Source of the DNA: Neovahlkampfia damariscottae
Taxonomy: Eukaryota
NCBI GenBank assembly: GCA_016618085.1
Contig: JABLTG010000044.1
Location: 1 to 64,000 of the forward strand
Length of the DNA stretch: 64,000 nt
Direction: 5' to 3'
This document shows, piece after piece, positions 61,114-64,000 of this stretch (positions are counted from its first letter, which is position 1; each line of letters opens with the position of its first letter). The notes under the pieces were generated by a model. That model worked only from the letters and a program-made list of their open reading frames with translations, was not told the origin of the DNA and did not search any database. The translations under genes were made by a program, and so were the position numbers.

Positions 61114-64000
61114 ATGAAGGTAGCAGTTATCGGTCTTGGATGTCGTTTTCCAGGTTCAAGCAATACCCCAGATGAATTTTTTGATAATTTAGTTTCAAAG
61201 AAGGATTGTGTTTCAGAAATACCTGACAACAGATGGAACAAGGATTTTTTTTATGATAAAGAAAAAGGTACACCTGGGAAGATCAATTCAAAGAAAGGTG
61301 GGTTCATGGATAATATTTTCAATTTTGATCATGAAGCTTTTTCGATGAGTGTTAAAGAGTCCAGTAACATTGATCCACAACAAAAAATACTTTTAGAAAC
61401 AACTTTACAAGCACTTGAAGATTCAAAGTTAGAGTACAGGGGATCAAAAACAGGTGTATTCATCGGCACAGGACAAGTCGATTTTTCAGGTTTTTTTTTT
61501 TTTTAACACTTTTTGCAGATTTTTCTTTGAGCAAACTTGAATATGTCAATGAATATACAGCTCATGGTAGTGCTTTATCTATCCATTCAAATATGCTTTC
61601 ATACAAATTCGACCTTCAAGGTCCATCACTATCAGTTGACACAGCTTGCTCAAGTAGTGGAACAGCAATGTATTTGGCAACAAGAGCCCTTGAATCTGGT
61701 GATTGTGAACAAGCTGTAGTTGGTGGAATCAATATGATTTTGAATCATGGCATGTCTGTAGCTTTCAGTAAACTTGGAGTTCTTTCACCTGATGGAATTT
61801 GTAGATCATTTGACAAAGATGCAAATGGTTATGTCCGTTCAGAAGGTTGCGGTGTTGTTGTTATCAAACCTTTAGAAAAAGCTATTCAAGATAATGACAA
61901 AATTTACTCTGTTATTATTTCAACAACTTGTAATGAAGATGGAGCAAGAAGTCCATCATTAACAATGCCATCATCAGAAGCTCAAAGACAAGTTATGGAA
62001 ACATCAATCAAAAAATCAAAAATTGATCCAAAGAAATTATTTTACATTGAAGCACATGCTACAGGTACACCAGTCGGTGATCCAATTGAAATGAATACAA
62101 TTGGATCTGTTTTTGGAATTAACAGAACAGATTCATTGAAAATGGGCTCAGTCAAATCAAATATTGGTCATTGTGAATGCTCAAGTTACATTGCAAGTTT
62201 AATTAAAGTTTCAATGATGATGCAAAAAGGATTATTATTACCAAGTATCAATTTTAAAACACCAAACCCAAAAATCAAATTTGAAGAATATAAATTATCA
62301 GTTCAAACAGAAGTTGAAAAATTTGATCCAAAAGATAAATTATTCGCTATTTCTTCATTTGGTTTTGGAGGATCAAATATTTGCACACTGTTGGAAGGAT
62401 TTGAACAAAAAGTTGAAAGAAAAGAAACTTGGAAATTACAATCAACTCCAAACGTTTATATTGTTAAAGCACAATCAGAAACAGCCCTCAAAGAAAGAGT
62501 TAAACTTATGCAAGAAAAATTTGCTTCAGAAGATCAACATAAAACAATGTTCACACTTAATTCATCATATCAAGATATTTATCGTTACATGAGTTTCGGA
62601 CTTGGAAAGAATATTAAAGAAGCAAAATTCTCTGAACCAATCAGAACATCAGATGACAACAAACCAATTTGTTTCGTTTTCAGTGGTCAAGGTCCACAAA
62701 ATATCAATATGGGAAGAACTTTATATTCAAAATTTCCATGCTTCAAATCTACAATTGATGAATGTGATGCAATTTATGAAAAAGCATCTGGTATTTCATT
62801 ACTCAAAGATATTGGTGTTTTTGGTTCAAAAATTGGTCAAGAAAAAGATGTTCAACAAATTCATATTACACTTCCAGCTTTGATATTTTTACAAATTGGA
62901 TTATACAAATTATGGATTAATTTTGGATTAAAACCAGATGTCATTATTGGACACAGTTTTGGAGAGATGTGTGCGACTTATGCTTCTGGATCTTGTTCTT
63001 TGGAAGAAGTACTCACTATCACTGCAAAAAGAGCAAAATTAATGTCAAATTTTGATAATTTAGGAACAATGATGGCTGTTGGAATTAGTGCATCAGAAGT
63101 CACAGAAATCATCAAAAAATTGGAAATCAAACAACTTTGGATCGCTGCAATCAATTCACCTGTTTCATGCACTTTAGGAGGAATCGTTGAAAGTGTTCAT
63201 AAGATGGCTAAATTTTGTGATGAAAAGAAAATTTTCAATAGAGTTTTAAGCGTTACAAATGCATATCATACACCATTACTTTCTTCATTAAGAGAAAAAG
63301 CTATAACAGAATTTGAAGGTTCAATTGTTTCTTCAACTGTTCCAAAAGTCAAAGTCATTTCAACTGTCACTGGAGATTTTTGGGAAACAGCTTTTGATGC
63401 TGATTACTTTTGGCAAAATGTTGAAAAAGGAGTTTTGTTTCAACAAGCTATTGAACTTGCAATGAAAACATTTGGAAATGAAACTGTATTTTTGGAAATG
63501 GCTGCTCATCCTGTTCTCTCAATTTCAATGAAACAAACTGGAGCTACAAACATCCTCAGTTCAATGAACAGAAAAGAAGATGAACAAACAACACTTTTCA
63601 AAACAATTGCTCATCTTTCTTCTCAAAAATTTGACTTAAATTGGAAGCAAATCATTGGAGAAGATGAAAAACTTTCAATTCCACCTTATCCATTTCAAAG
63701 AAAAACATGCTTTGCTGAAACTGAACAACACAAAAATTCAAGATTTATTCCAGAAGGAACAACAGGTATTCTCGGAAATTTATCAGACAACTCAAGAAAA
63801 ACTTGGAAAAATTTACTCAACACCAAGACTCATCCATTTTTAAAAGATCATATTGTTCAACAAACTACAATTTTCCCTGGCGCTGGTTATGTTGAACTTG
63901 CTTTAGAAGCACTTGGAAAGAATCTTCAAAATATTCAAATTCTTTCTGCATTGATGATTCCAACAGACTCTTCGTTTGTTGGTGTTGAAGTTACAATTGA
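61114..64000 (+). CDS. Type I polyketide synthase (KS-AT-DH start), runs off the window
   Basis: VAVIGLGCRFPG, IDPQQKILLE, DTACSS, EAHATGT, KSNIGH, FGFGGSN (KS); FSGQGPQ, GHSFGE, NAYHT (AT); HPFLKDHIVQQTTIFPGAGYVE (DH); intron ~61489-61519. Confidence 0.95.

Overview
Chromosome-end window from a very AT-rich, gene-dense microbial eukaryote using the standard genetic code, with tiny (~28-45 nt) GT-AG introns. It opens with a (CCCAAA)n telomere (TTTGGG on the G-strand). The telomere type, DUF4116-like repeats and EGF-rich proteins suggest a heterolobosean amoeba, which is inference. About 30 genes or gene remnants are present. Housekeeping genes include a mu-type GST, a HAUS5-like protein, a GRIP golgin, LMW-PTP, a ZIP transporter, PARG, ELP3, WDR37, BiP, cyclophilin-40 and RNF10. 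An accessory tract at 25.4-30.1 kb holds a Fanzor/TnpB RuvC-ZnF remnant whose structured, omegaRNA-like 3' end abuts and truncates an RGS gene. A bacterial-flavoured block at 32-45 kb carries a secreted vanadium haloperoxidase, an MFS transporter, an AmpC-like hydrolase and a head-to-head kinase-ATPase pair. Degenerate paralogues of translation components (LysRS, EF-1alpha) are also present, and a type I PKS runs off the right edge. Almost every gene has a CCAAT box within ~10-65 bp of its start. All calls come from manual motif recognition and manual splicing; no searches were run.
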